Origin: Octopus bimaculoides
Lineage: Eukaryota
Reading direction: 5' to 3'
Length of the DNA stretch: 64,000 bases
Assembly (NCBI RefSeq): GCF_001194135.2
Contig: NC_069005.1
Coordinates: 7,299,109-7,363,108, forward strand
Both the position numbers and the translations under genes were made by a program. Position 1 is the stretch's first letter, and each line of letters begins with the position of its first letter. The notes beneath the pieces were generated by a model that was not told the origin of the DNA, searched no databases, and saw only the letters and a list, made by a program, of their open reading frames with translations. This document shows, piece by piece, positions 37,670 to 49,430 of the stretch.

Positions 37670-39368
37670 TCAATCTTTCATCAAAACAAGTCTGGACATG
37701 AAGAATGTTAATCTGCTTAGAAACAGATGAGTTGCCCTTCAAAATGCTAATCAGTTTACAGAGTGGACTGGGTGCTTTTTTATTTAGAACCAGTGTTGGG
37801 GAGGTCACCAAGTAACTTGCAAAATGTGAAATAATAGTTTTAGAAATGGTGAATCTTAAACCAAATAAAGCTATAGATAATCCTTTCTACTAATGGCACA
37901 AGGCCTGAAATTTTGATAGGGGAATGGTCAATTACATTGACCCCCGCCAGTGTGTAACTGGTACTTAATTTATCAACTCTGAAAGGATGAAAGGCAAAGT
38001 CGACCTCGGCGGAATTTGAACTCAGAACATAAAGACAGACAAAATGCTGCCAAGAATTTTGCCCGGCATGCTAATGATTTTACCAGCTCGTTGCCTTGCT
38101 ATAAATAACAGCATGTAACCTTGTCATCATCATCATCACTTGCATCTGTTTTCCATGGTAGCATGAGTATGATGGTTTGACTGGAGCTTGTACACACACA
38201 TACATGTGCGTATGTCTGCCTTATCTTCGAAACGTCTAGTTAGAATAGCGGCAGCTGACGAAGGATTAATTCCAAGTGGCTTTCTATTTTCCTATGTGTT
38301 CGTTCCGTTGTCTGTAGTTCATTGTTCTAACGTCCTGTACCCTGATATGCATATATATACACATGTAGATGTAAGTATGTACATATATGTGTGTATACAT
38401 GCATATATATTCTTTATATATATATATATTTGCGAACCCATGGAAAATGAACCTCCACACAAAAACAGTGCTAGGCTTACAAAGCATAAATTCTGGGGTC
38501 AATTTCTTCAACTAAAACCCTTTAGGGCAGTGCCCTAGCATGGTCGCCGTCAAATGACTGAAACAAGTAAAAGAATAAAAGAATATATGTGCCACATAAA
38601 AAAAAAAGCACTCAAGTCACTGTGTGTAAAGTGGTTGACATTAGAAATGGCATGCAGCCATTAAAAAAACTATGCCAAAACTGTCCTCTCTACTGCCGGA
38701 GCGGAATAATAAGCACTCAATCCACTCTGTAAGGTGGTTGGCATTAGGAAGGGCATCCAGTTGTAGAAATCGTGCTGACTAAAACAATGTAAGTGGATAT
38801 GGTACACGGAAATTGAAAAAAAGCCGGTCTTCTAGATAAATGTGTGTGTGAGTGACTGCACCATTGTATTTGTCTCCTACCACTGTTTGATAACTGGTGT
38901 TGGTTTGTTTATGACCTCCGTAACTTAGCGGTTCAACAAAAAAGTGACCGATGGAATAAGTACCAGGCTTGGAAAAACAAAAAAGGAGCAAAGGGGTCGA
39001 TTTGTGGTGGTACCTCAGTATGGATGCAGTCTGATGATTGAGACGGGTACCCAATTTGGAAAAGAGGGAGGTGAGAGAAATATGTGGTGGTGGTGAAGAT
39101 GTGCCAAGCCGTTCGCTTATTTTTGAAAGAACCCAGAAGCCCCAGTACCGACTGTGTTCATTGCTATATCGAAAGTGAAGAGACCAAAATTATCAACGAC
39201 TTTTAGTGAAGCAAGGGAATTAACTCGTACCAGATGCTAGAACTTCAGTGAGAATTTCGTAAAATCTCTGCAACACAAACGTAATCACATATATATATGT
39301 TTGACAGTTTGGGCGGGTAAATAGTGTATAATATGCTTGGGCAATCACACACACACACACACAAATAC

Positions 39369-39401
<33 letters not shown>

Positions 39402-39764
39402 TGATATTTTGGTCTTTCCATATATATATATAAACCTGGCATTCCGTTCAACGGAACAGCCTGCTCATGAAATTAACGTGTAACTGGCTGAGTACTCCAC
39501 AGGCACACGCACCCTCAACGTAGTTCTCAAGAAGATTCAGTGCAACACTGAATGTAACAAGGCCGCTCCTTCAAATTACAGGTACAACTCATTTTTGGCA
39601 GCTGCGTGGAGTGGAGCAAAGTGAAAGAAAGTGTCTTGCTCAAGGACACAACATGCCGTCGGGAATCGAACTCAAGACTTTACGGTCGTAAACCGATTAC
39701 CCTAATCACTAAGCAACACACGTCAGCACGTTTATATATAGTATATATCTAAAGGCAAAGCGGC

Positions 39765-40180
39765 GAGCTGGCAGAAACGTTAGCACGCCGGGCAAAATGC
39801 TTAGCAGTATTTCGTCTGTCTCTACGTTCCGAGTTCAACTTTGCCTTTCATTCTTTTGGGGTCGATTAAATAAGTACCAGTTACGCACTGGGGTTGATGT
39901 AATCGACTTAATCCCTTTGTCTGTCCTTGTTTGTCCCCTCTATGTTTAACCCCTTGGGGGCAATAAAGAAATAAGAAACGTTAGCATGCCAGGCGAAATG
40001 CTTAGCGGTATTTCGTCTGTCTTGATGTTCTGAGTTCAAATTCCGCCGAGGTCGACTTTGCCTTTCATCCTTTCGAGGTCAATAAATTAAGTACCAGCTG
40101 CGTACTGGGTCGATCTAATCAACTGGCCTGGCCCTCTCCCCCAAAATTTCGGGCCTTGTGCCTAGAGTAGAAAATGTACA
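39765..40180 (+). mobile_element. Tandem array of SINE family B (GGCGAGCTGGCAGAA...TTGCCTTTCATCCTTTCGGGGTCGATAAA..AAGTACCAG)
   Basis: Head-to-tail copies. The same family occurs at ~20200-20600, 28070-28285, 33805-33945, 37870-38100 (-), 48085-48300, 57260-57405 (-), 58585-58810, 59385-59770 and 60170-60620. Confidence 0.8.
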
Positions 40181-40796
40181 TCTTAAGACACAGGTGTAGC
40201 CATATGGTAAGAAATTTGCTTCTTGACCACATGGTCTCGGGTTCAGTTCCACTGTGCAACACCTTGGGCTGACCAAAACCTTGTAAGTGGATTTGGTAGA
40301 TGGAAATTGAAAGAAGCTTGTCGTATATATACATATATACATATGTGTGTTACTGTCTACTCCTGGCCTTGACTGCATCTGATACTTGTAAACGAATTTC
40401 ACCGTGATGCTAGCAGTGTCCTCGGTTTTAAATCATTCGTGAAAACATGCCTGGCCATGGAGAATATTAACCTGCTTAGAAACAGGTGAGTTGCCCTTCT
40501 AAATATCAACCGCTTTACCGAGTAGACTGGGCGCTTTTTACTTAGCATTAACTGGCCAGGTCACCAAGTAACTTGTAGAAATCTTGTTTATTATTTCTGA
40601 CCATATTGTGCATTTACGGATTTCAATCACTGGTGTGTGGTCATGATGGAGCACCACCACGAATTCGGTTAATTACATCGACCCTAGGACTTTGGTTCTT
40701 TTAGTGACATCTTAAGGGGGACAACTCCGTCGGTCAGAAACTATATTTCTGGTCAATGCACTGGTTTTTAACCTTTCTCCAAGATTAACACACATA

Positions 40797-42010
40797 CAGG
40801 GGTTGGACAAAATAATAGAAACACCTAGCATCATAATTCTGAAATATCTATAAAACCGTCAAAAGTTTGTTTATTTTCATGTTTTTTTTTTATTTATTAT
40901 TAGTGTTGCTTAATATGTTTTGCTACAATTTCTGTTTCTTTTCAGATATCAGCAGAAAAAGGTAATTAAAATTCATTAAAATGACAGATCTATGGGACTT
41001 TCAAAGAGGTCAAGTTGTTGGTGCGCGTATGGCAGGCGCTAGCATAACGAAAACAGTTTAGTGTATCAAGAAGTACTGTCTCGAAAGTAATGACAGCCTT
41101 TGAGAAAGTGGGAAAAACCTCCTCGTCGAAACAAAACTCCGGAAGAAAACCCAAACTTTCAGGTAGGGACTGTCGGACTCTTACTCAAATTGTTAGAAAG
41201 GATCACAAAAGTACAACTCCCAAAATTACTGCAGAGCTTAATGACCACTTCAAGAACCCAGTTTCCACAAAAACTGTTCGCCAGGAGCTGCACAAAAACA
41301 AACATTGCAAAGCATTTAGAGTGGAGTAAAAACCTACAGAATTGATCCCTAGAGCAATGGAAGAACGTTATTTTGTTGGTCTAGTCATCCTTTACCTTAT
41401 TTCCAACCACTGGTCGAGTATATGTGTGGAGACAGCCAAAAGAAGCATTTGACCCACACTGCCTTCTTCCAACTGTTAAACATGGAGGAAAATTCGTGAT
41501 GATCTGGGAGGGTGGGGCTATATCTTGAAATCCACTGGCCCAATGGTTTCCCTTTGTGGCAGAATTAATAGTCAAGACTATTTAAACATTTTATCTGATC
41601 AAATTCATCCTCTGATTGCAAAACTGTCTCCGGAAGGAAACACAATCTTTCAGGATGATAATGCACCAATTCTCACAGCTAAAGCTGTTATAGAATGGCA
41701 CAAGGAACATTCTAGTGAAGTTGAGCATCTTATCTAGTCACCACAGTCCCCAGATCTCAATATTATTGAACATTTATTGTGCATTTTAGAAAAAAAAGGA
41801 GTCGATATCCTCCACTATCATCACTACAAGAACTGGAGACTGTTTTAGCTGAAGAATGGACAAAAATTACTTTGGAAACAATTCAAACTTTGTACGAGTC
41901 CATATCTTGTAGAATCCAAGTTGTAATTACTGCTAAAGGCAGCCCTACCCAATATTAAAATAAATTTGCTTGAAATTTTAAGGCACTTTCATTATTTTGT
42001 CCAACCCCTG
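40797..42010 (+). mobile_element. Full-length but decayed Tc1-family transposon (frameshifted and stop-containing transposase ~40981-41955)
   Basis: TA|CAGGGGTTGGACAAAATAAT at the left and ATTATTTTGTCCAACCCCTG|TA at the right give TIRs with a TA TSD. Internal frames give MTDLWDFQRGQVVGARMAGASITK, KQNSGRKPKLS, IFQDDNAPI and PQSPDLNIIEHL. Confidence 0.92.
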
Positions 42011-42034
42011 TACATCATCATTTTATATCTCCCC

Positions 42035-42134
<100 letters not shown>

Positions 42135-42639
42135 TATATACATATATGTCACAGGGAATGTGTTTCCGTGGCTGGAAAAATGTTAAGCTATGTAAAGCAT
42201 GAGAGAAAGGGACCTATTTGTTTCTCATAATAAATAAATCTGGATCCCTAGAACACTATCTCTTATCTAGTTCTTGTTTCAGACATTTGACTGCAGCCAT
42301 GCTGGAGCACTGCCTTCAAGGGTTTTAGTTGAATAAATTGCCCCTAGGGTCTTTTTTTTATTGTTAAGCCTAGTACTTATTCTGTCAGTCTTTTTCACCA
42401 AACTGCTAAGTTATGGGGACATAAGCACACCAACACCAGCAGTCAAGCAGTGGTGAGGGGACAAAGACACATACACATAGATACATATATATAAGAAAAC
42501 CCATCAAACCCAATCAAATCGCAGTCAAGGCACCCGTGCTGGTGGCACATAAACGCAAATTGGCACACATACCAGTGGCATGTAAACACACCCCTGTGTC
42601 ATGCAAATAGCACCCATGCTGGTGGCACATGAAAGTACC

Positions 42640-42799
42640 CATTACACTCTCGGAGTGGTTGGCATTAGGAAGGGCGTTCAGCTATATAAAACCATGGCAA
42701 ATCAGACTGGAATCTGGTGCAGCCTTCCAGCAGGCCAGCCCAGTCTAACCATCCAACCCATGCCAGCATGGACAATGGACGTTAAATGATGATGATGGA

Positions 42800-42800
<1 letters not shown>
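42640..42800 (+). mobile_element. Repeat family D with tail CCATCCAACCCATGC(T/C)AGCATGGAAAGCGGACGTTAAACGATGATG
   Basis: The same tail occurs at ~6290-6490 (-), 11810-11910 (-), 34490-34632 (-), 38120-38190 (-) and 43183-43265 (+). Confidence 0.7.
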
Positions 42801-42833
<33 letters not shown>

Positions 42834-43263
42834 ATAATTTTCCCAGAGGATGTAGCAACCGTTACCAATATAGCATAAGAACTTACCTTAGGAGATCATT
42901 AATGTTAACATAGAGTGGTGAATAAATCGATATATCGAATTTGAAGTCTCTGTCTCTTTTGAATATGAAAATTTAAAAGTTTAAAAACCTTANNNNNNNN
43001 NNNNNNNNNNNNNNNNNNNNNNNNNNNNNNNNNNNNNNNNNNNNNNNNNNNNNNNNNNNNNNNNNNNNNNNNNNNNNNNNNNNNNNNNNNNNNNNNNNNN
43101 NNNNNNNNNNNNNNNNNNNNNNNNNNNNNNNNNNNNNNNNNNNNNNNNNNNNNNNNNNNNNNNNNNNNNNNNNNNNNNNNNNTTCACCAGTCCTCAGTCA
43201 AATCGTCCAACCCATGCTAGCATGGAAAGCGGACGTTAAACGATGATGATGATGATGATGATG

Positions 43264-43301
<38 letters not shown>

Positions 43302-43594
43302 GACAGGCATCTTTCAGTTTCCGTTTATCAAATCCACTCACAAATCTTTCATTGGCCCAAGGCTACAGTAGAAAACACTTGCCCAAGGTGCCATTGCAGT
43401 AGGACTGAACCGAGAACCATGTGGTTGGGAAGCAAGCTTCTTACCACACAGCCATGCCTGTGCTTATGTAGACCTCCAATTTAATATTTAGCTTGCACCC
43501 CCTCCCACCAAATTCTATACAGACCTCCAGGGGTCACAGGCACCCTCATTGAGAGCCACTAGATTAAGATTAAGAGATTGTAAGAAATCACTTA

Positions 43595-43723
<129 letters not shown>

Positions 43724-45057
43724 TCAAATATCATTAATGTTAATTAATTGAACAAACTAATTTGCAGGTGCAGACATGGCTGTATGGTTAAGCTCTCCAT
43801 GCAACCACATGGCTTCAGGTTTAGCCCCACTGCATGGCACCATGGGCAAATATTAGGTTGTCAAGAACGTTCTTGCGGAATTTTTAATTTTGGTTTTAAA
43901 TGAAGTATTTTAAAATTAATTTTCGTTAAATTACGTTGACTCTATATATAAATTTTAAAGCCCGTTTTTCGCTATTTCTAATCGTGTTACACTTTTTCTT
44001 TTTGAATAATTAGGTCATTTTTTCCGGACTGTTGAATACAACATCGACAAAAAGCGGGAGAAAAATATTGCAAAATATGAACACATGTGAATGACAAAGA
44101 AACGAGGAAGGTATCAAGTTGTCGTGAGATGTGCTAAAAACAACAGCTAAATCGCCCTTAAATCACATACACAAATATTTTTTTTTTTGTAGAATTCCTG
44201 TGTGTAGAAGACAAATTCAATAAAATTTTCTAAAAATTAAAAAGTTAGGAGGGCTTAAATGGGATACTTAAACCAGAATTCTGCCTTTTTTTTTTTTTTT
44301 AAGCCGTAGTTTTAAAATGCAGTCTGAACCTGCCATTTGTTTCTCTTGGTATTCTACAAAATACCAGAAAGTATTTTTTACATATTCGTAATTTTCGATA
44401 TCTAAAACGTAGGGGTGCAAAAAACTTTTTTTTAAAAAATGCATTTTTCAAGGAGAGGTGAGAAACTGCATTAACCCCGAAAGTCCAACTGTACCAAGTC
44501 TCTANNNNNNNNNNNNNNNNNNNNNNNNNNNNNNNNNNNNNNNNNNNNNNNNNNNNNNNNNNNNNNNNNNNNNNNNNNNNNNNNNNNNNNNNNNNNNNNN
44601 NNNNNNNNNNNNNNNNNNNNNNNNNNNNNNNNNNNNNNNNNNNNNNNNNNNNNNNNNNNNNNNNNNNNNNNNNNNNNNNNNNNNNNNNNNNNNNNNNNNN
44701 NNNNNNNNNNNNNNNNNNNNNNNNNNNNNNNNNNNNNNNNNNNNNNNNNNNNNNNNNNNNNNNNNNNNNNNNNNNNNNNNNNNNNNNNNNNNNNNNNNNN
44801 NNNNNNNNNNNNNNNNNNNNNNNNNNNNNNNNNNNNNNNNNNNNNNNNNNNNNNNNNNNNNNNNNNNNNNNNNNNNNNNNNNNNNNNNNNNNNNNNNNNN
44901 NNNNNNNNNNNNNNNNNNNNNNNNNNNNNNNNNNNNNNNNNNNNNNNNNNNNNNNNNNNNNNNNNNNNNNNNNNNNNNNNNNNNNNNNNNNNNNNNNNNN
45001 NNNNNNNNNNNNNNNNNNNNNNNNNNNNNNNNNNNNNNNNNNNNNNNNNNNNNNNNN

Positions 45058-45323
45058 ATCAGAAGCTGCTTTTTCGTACAGCGTGTGATCGCCACCTGGG
45101 ACAGTCTGCCAAACAATGTGGTCGCAGCTCCGTCAATCAATGCCTTCAAGAACAGGCTTTGACGCACACTGGAGGGAGCTTCCTGCAAAATTTGACCCTG
45201 TCTGTTACTATTAGCTACAACTGTCGAAGTGTTTTACCACACGACAAATTAATTGTACAGGTGGAAAAGGACCTGTGACCAAGCTCCTAGGAGCTTCAAC
45301 ACGGAAACCATCCAGTATCCAGT
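45058..45323 (+). mobile_element. 3' end of a CR1/L2-type LINE (RT C-terminus, 3' UTR, short tandem tail)
   Basis: After the gap the sequence reads IRSCFFVQRVIATWDSLPNNVVAAPSINAFKNRL*, matching the CR1/L2 terminal motif (FFS.RV...WN.LP..VV.A.S...FK..L). It ends in an ATCCAGT-ATCCAGT tail. Confidence 0.8.
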
Positions 45324-45360
45324 AAATGGTATACTTCGACAAGAACTGCGCCAAATATTG

Positions 45361-45497
45361 GGTAATTTTTCAGATTAACACCCGCACGATCTTCACTAGG
45401 GTGTTAGGGTTAGGGTTGGTGTTTAGGGTTACGGTTAGGGACGGAATTCCCTAACACCCTAGTGAAGATCGTACGGGTGTTAATCTGAAAAATTACC
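45361..45497. mobile_element. 137-bp hairpin MITE, Merlin-like ends, telomere-like loop
   Basis: 49-bp inverted arms (45361-45409 / 45449-45497, one mismatch) beginning GGTAATTTTT, with a 39-nt spacer containing TTAGGG-like units. Perfect 8-bp TSD AAATATTG at 45353-45360 and 45498-45505. Confidence 0.85.
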
Positions 45498-46126
45498 AAA
45501 TATTGTAGTGGTAAACAACCGATCTCTTTTTTAACAGATGGGAGAATAATGTCCAGACGATGTGTCCCTAACCAGTCTTTTTTGATAGACAGGACTAAAC
45601 TTTTAAAGGCGATGTGTTCTCATTTGTTTATTTTAAAGCGGTGGAAGGAAGACTGGCTGCTGTTTCTAGCAAGCCAAGCAACACTAGTAAGAGATTCCAT
45701 GCTGAACTCGCAAAGAAACGTTTTAGTTGTAAATAAAAACGTGTTTATAGAGAAAACATTTCCATGTGACTTGATGTGGAGAAGTAAGCTAAATAGACAT
45801 TCTGTAACATTAAACGGAGATGAAGAATAAAAGAAAAGAAACTACAAACCGAAGAGGACTGGAAATGCTTCTGGAACCGAATAATTGCTTCAAGAACTGG
45901 ATATAATTAACAAGAACCTTCGTTATGTTTTTTATAATTAGTTCGTAATTAAAGTTACGAGAAACAGTGCTTTGTGAACTTCCGGTCATGCGCACTAGGT
46001 TTCTATCATCTAACTCTTGGTTTGGAGTAGAACCTGTTAGGGATGGTCATAGATGGATTGGATTTAGATGGAATTTTGAAATAGCAGCCTTTCGAAGTTT
46101 CGTACCTCTTGATAAAGAGAAAATGG

Positions 46127-47225
46127 GGTATCTTTTGGTTATCTCACCCAGCCATTAAAAAATTGCCATTAAAAAAGGGGGTTATCTCCCCATTAGAAAC
46201 TTGGGTTATGTACCCTTCCCCGGTCAACTCAACAACTTTTGTTTCGATTACAATATGAGTATGCTACGTCTAAGCGAAATTTGCAAAGATGAAATATCCA
46301 TTATTTCTTTTTTTCAAGAAAAAGGAATTATTCACCAAGAAAGACGATGTAACAACGGCCATTGTATGAATTTCTCAGTTGGAAGTCAAAACAGATGGCG
46401 ATGTAGACTTCGTGAATGCAGACAAGAAAAAGGATTAAGAACAGATAATTGGTTCGCTAATTCACGTTTATCTTTTCATAAAGCAGCCTTTTTCATATAT
46501 TGTTGGGCACACGACTTGGCAAGTGTCAATTTTTGTGAACATGAGCTCGAAATGAAAGCCAGTTGCATTGTTGATTGGAATAATTATCTGAGAGAAGTTT
46601 GTGCTGCACACATATTGTCGAACCCAAAAGTGATTGGAGGACCCAACATGACTGTTGAAATTGACGAAAGTTTGTTCACTAAAAGGAAAAGTTGTGCCGG
46701 ACGTCAACCACCTCGGCAGTTGGTTTTTGGAGGAATTTGTAAAGAAACAAAAGAGTGTTTCATGTTTACTGTTCCTGACAGGTCTGCAACAACACTTCTT
46801 CCTATAATAGAAAATAATATAAGACCAGGTACTACCATCATAAGTGCTGAATGGTCAACATATGAAAATATAATTAATTCTGGTCGTTTTCAACATCTCA
46901 CTGTGAAAAATTCTCTGCACTTTGTTGATCCTACTAATACAGCTCACACCCAAAATAGTGAAAGACTTTGGAAGAGTGCTAAAGAAAAAAATAAAAGAGA
47001 AAATGGCACTCACAGAGCTCTACTGGACTCGTATATGTGCGAGTTTATGTGGCGACAAGAGATTGAATTAAAAAAATTGGATCCTTTTGATTCAATACTT
47101 CAACACATTGCTGACTTTTGGCCTCCTCAATAGGCATTGAATAAGATGTTTAATCCTTTTTATCATACAACTGGGGTGGGGGATAGTTCAATTTTTCAAT
47201 GGGGGTGAGAGAACCAAAAAGTACC
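46127..47225 (+). mobile_element. Full-length Merlin DNA transposon (~1.1 kb)
   Basis: Left end GGTATCTTTTGGTTATCTCACCC..CCATTAAAAAATTG matches the reverse complement of the right end GGTACTTTTTGGTTCTCTCACCC.CCATTGAAAAATTG (~38-bp imperfect TIR). Flanks GAAAATGG (46119-46126) and GAAAAGGG (47226-47233) form an 8-bp TSD with one mismatch. Confidence 0.8.
46255..47133 (+). CDS. Merlin-family (IS1595/ISXO2-like DDE) transposase, 292 aa, uninterrupted ORF
   Basis: N-terminal C/H zinc-binding cluster (RCNNGH...WRCRLREC). Also [14 protein letters not shown] (first D), [32 protein letters not shown] (second D position = Ala), HTQNSERLW (E) and [11 protein letters not shown], all characteristic of ISXO2-like transposases. 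Confidence 0.92.
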   Translation: MSMLRLSEICKDEISIISFFQEKGIIHQERRCNNGHCMNFSVGSQNRWRCRLRECRQEKGLRTDNWFANSRLSFHKAAFFIYCWAHDLASVNFCEHELEMKASCIVDWNNYLREVCAAHILSNPKVIGGPNMTVEIDESLFTKRKSCAGRQPPRQLVFGGICKETKECFMFTVPDRSATTLLPIIENNIRPGTTIISAEWSTYENIINSGRFQHLTVKNSLHFVDPTNTAHTQNSERLWKSAKEKNKRENGTHRALLDSYMCEFMWRQEIELKKLDPFDSILQHIADFWPPQ

Positions 47226-47291
47226 GAAAAGGGTACGGAACTGATGGGGTGGGGTGGGGGGTCCGTAGCAAAAATCTAAAGNNNNNNNNNN

Positions 47292-47340
<49 letters not shown>

Positions 47341-49034
47341 CAGGGGTTTCCATGGGTGAGCTGAAACCGCTAATAAAGAATTATCTAAAATTCTGACTAC
47401 TTACTTTTTCTTGATATAAAATCTCTAAATCACTTCAAACAATCTACACACATATAAGTGTGTGTGTGAGCTTGTATTTGTTCTTCACCACCACTTGACA
47501 AGAGGTGCTGGTTTGTTTACATCCTCATGTTTTGCTAAACTAGAATACTGAAAAGATTAAGGGATGGAGAAGAATCTACCATTTTCCTTTCCCATGAGAT
47601 ATTGAACTTCAAAGGATTGTTAATAAAATGTAAGTCAATAAATCTGCTGTAAATAGAACCAACTTGGGAATATTTTCACAGCCAACTCAACTGATTCCAG
47701 GTAATAAAGTCACAGGTGTTTTGTCCAAGGGGGTTTTGCCCTAGGGCAGTTTTGTCCAGATCCCATAAATTAATTGTGACTTTTTCTTGCCAAAATTGTG
47801 ACTTAATAAAGTGACTTTATTACTGGTCACCACTTGACCTGCTAAAAATAGGATCTTCAAATTACACTTTATTTTCATATGTGGACATAATGTAGTCCGA
47901 GATACACATTGCCTGAAAAATAAAGATGAGACGATCATGGTTGGAATGCTTTTGATCTGCTTGATCAAACTATATGTTCTACTCAACAAGACTGAGAGTA
48001 GTTAATACATGAATCCAGGTAAAAAAAAAAGTCACCTGTAATGCCATCATATAGAAATAGTGTCGTCAATATGTACAAGTCATAAGTTGGCAAACTGGCA
48101 AAAATGTTAGCACACGGGATGAAATGCTTAGCAGTGTTTCGTCTGTCTTTTTACGTTCTGAGTTCAAATTCCACCGAGGTCAATTTTGCCTTTCATCTTT
48201 TCGGGGTCAGTAAATTAAGTACTAGTTGCGCACTGGGGGTCGATGTAATCGACTGGCCCCTTCCCCCAAAATTCCAGGCCTTGTGCCTTGAGTAGAAAAC
48301 TGTTGCTACTGTCTGTAGTCATAGTGTGCATGGATGAGACCTCCAGTTTTCAAAAGACCACTACAACTTATTCGTCTGGGCAAGTCACCCGACTGGATGA
48401 TGATGGTGATGGTGGGTGACGACAATGATGGTGGTGGTGATGGATGACGATGCCAATGATGACTGATGAGTGACAACAATGATGATGATGTTGGTGGTGA
48501 TGGATGATGATGATGATGGTGGTGGTGATGGATGACAATGACGACAATGACAATCATGTATTGTTGGTTAATAACTGATTTTAAATATTTTCTATTTTAT
48601 TACTTTAATTGTTTATGGCACTTCAATAAATTGTGACTAACTTGAATATTTTTGTTTGATTAATTGATTTTCTTTCCTAGACAAAATTATGACATTTTTC
48701 CTGTGATTTTATTACCGGTCACCATAAATTAATTGTGACTTTTTTTTTCCTGTAATTGTTTTTCCTAGCCAAAATTGTGACTTTATTCCGAGCCATGAAT
48801 ACACACACATATGCAATGTAGTAATGTTGATTATGAATATCAATAATTTGTCTAATGGAAAATCAGAGGCATATAAAGGGATGGGTGCAGTCATTCATGG
48901 TACATGTCCTGGGTACGACTTTGAGCTGCATCTGGTATTAGGGGCCTGGTGCAGGAATTCCAGGGTTCTGAAAAATGTGGAACCATCTCTTAGCCACTGT
49001 TGTTCTCGGGTTTACTCTGATCTGAAGTAATAGC

Positions 49035-49430
49035 TTGTTGTTGTTGTTGTTGGCACTCCGTCGCTTACGACGTCAAGGGTTCCAGTTGATCCGATCAACG
49101 GAACAGCCTGCTCATGAAATTAACTTGCAAGTGGCTGAGCATTCCACAGACACGTGTACCCTTAACGTAGTTCTTGGGGGAGATTCAGCGTGACACAGTG
49201 TGACAAGGCTGGCCCTTTGAATTACAGGCACAACAGAAACACGAAGTAAGAGTGAGAGAAAGTTGTGGTGAAAGAGTACAGCAGGGTTTGCCACCATCCC
49301 CTGCCAGAGCCTCGTGGAACTTTAGGTGTTTTCCCTCAATAAACACTCACAACACCCGGTCTGGGAATCGAAACCGCGATCCTATGACTGCGAGTCCGCT
49401 GCCCTAACCACTGAGCCATTGCGCCTCCAC
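49035..49430 (-). mobile_element. tRNA-headed SINE family C, full length, (CAA)n tail
   Basis: Minus strand begins GGAGGCGCAATGGCTCAGTGGTTAGGG...GGTTTCGATTCCC (A/B boxes) and ends GACGGAGTGCCAACAACAAC. Partial copies at ~8860-9300, 39440-39720 and 50775-51050. Confidence 0.8.

Noticed and set aside
46095-47240. Outer inverted motif GTT(T/C)CGTACC suggesting larger Merlin boundaries
   Set aside because: Only 10 bp and asymmetrically placed. The inner TIRs with an 8-bp TSD fit better, but the gap at 47282 prevents full exclusion.
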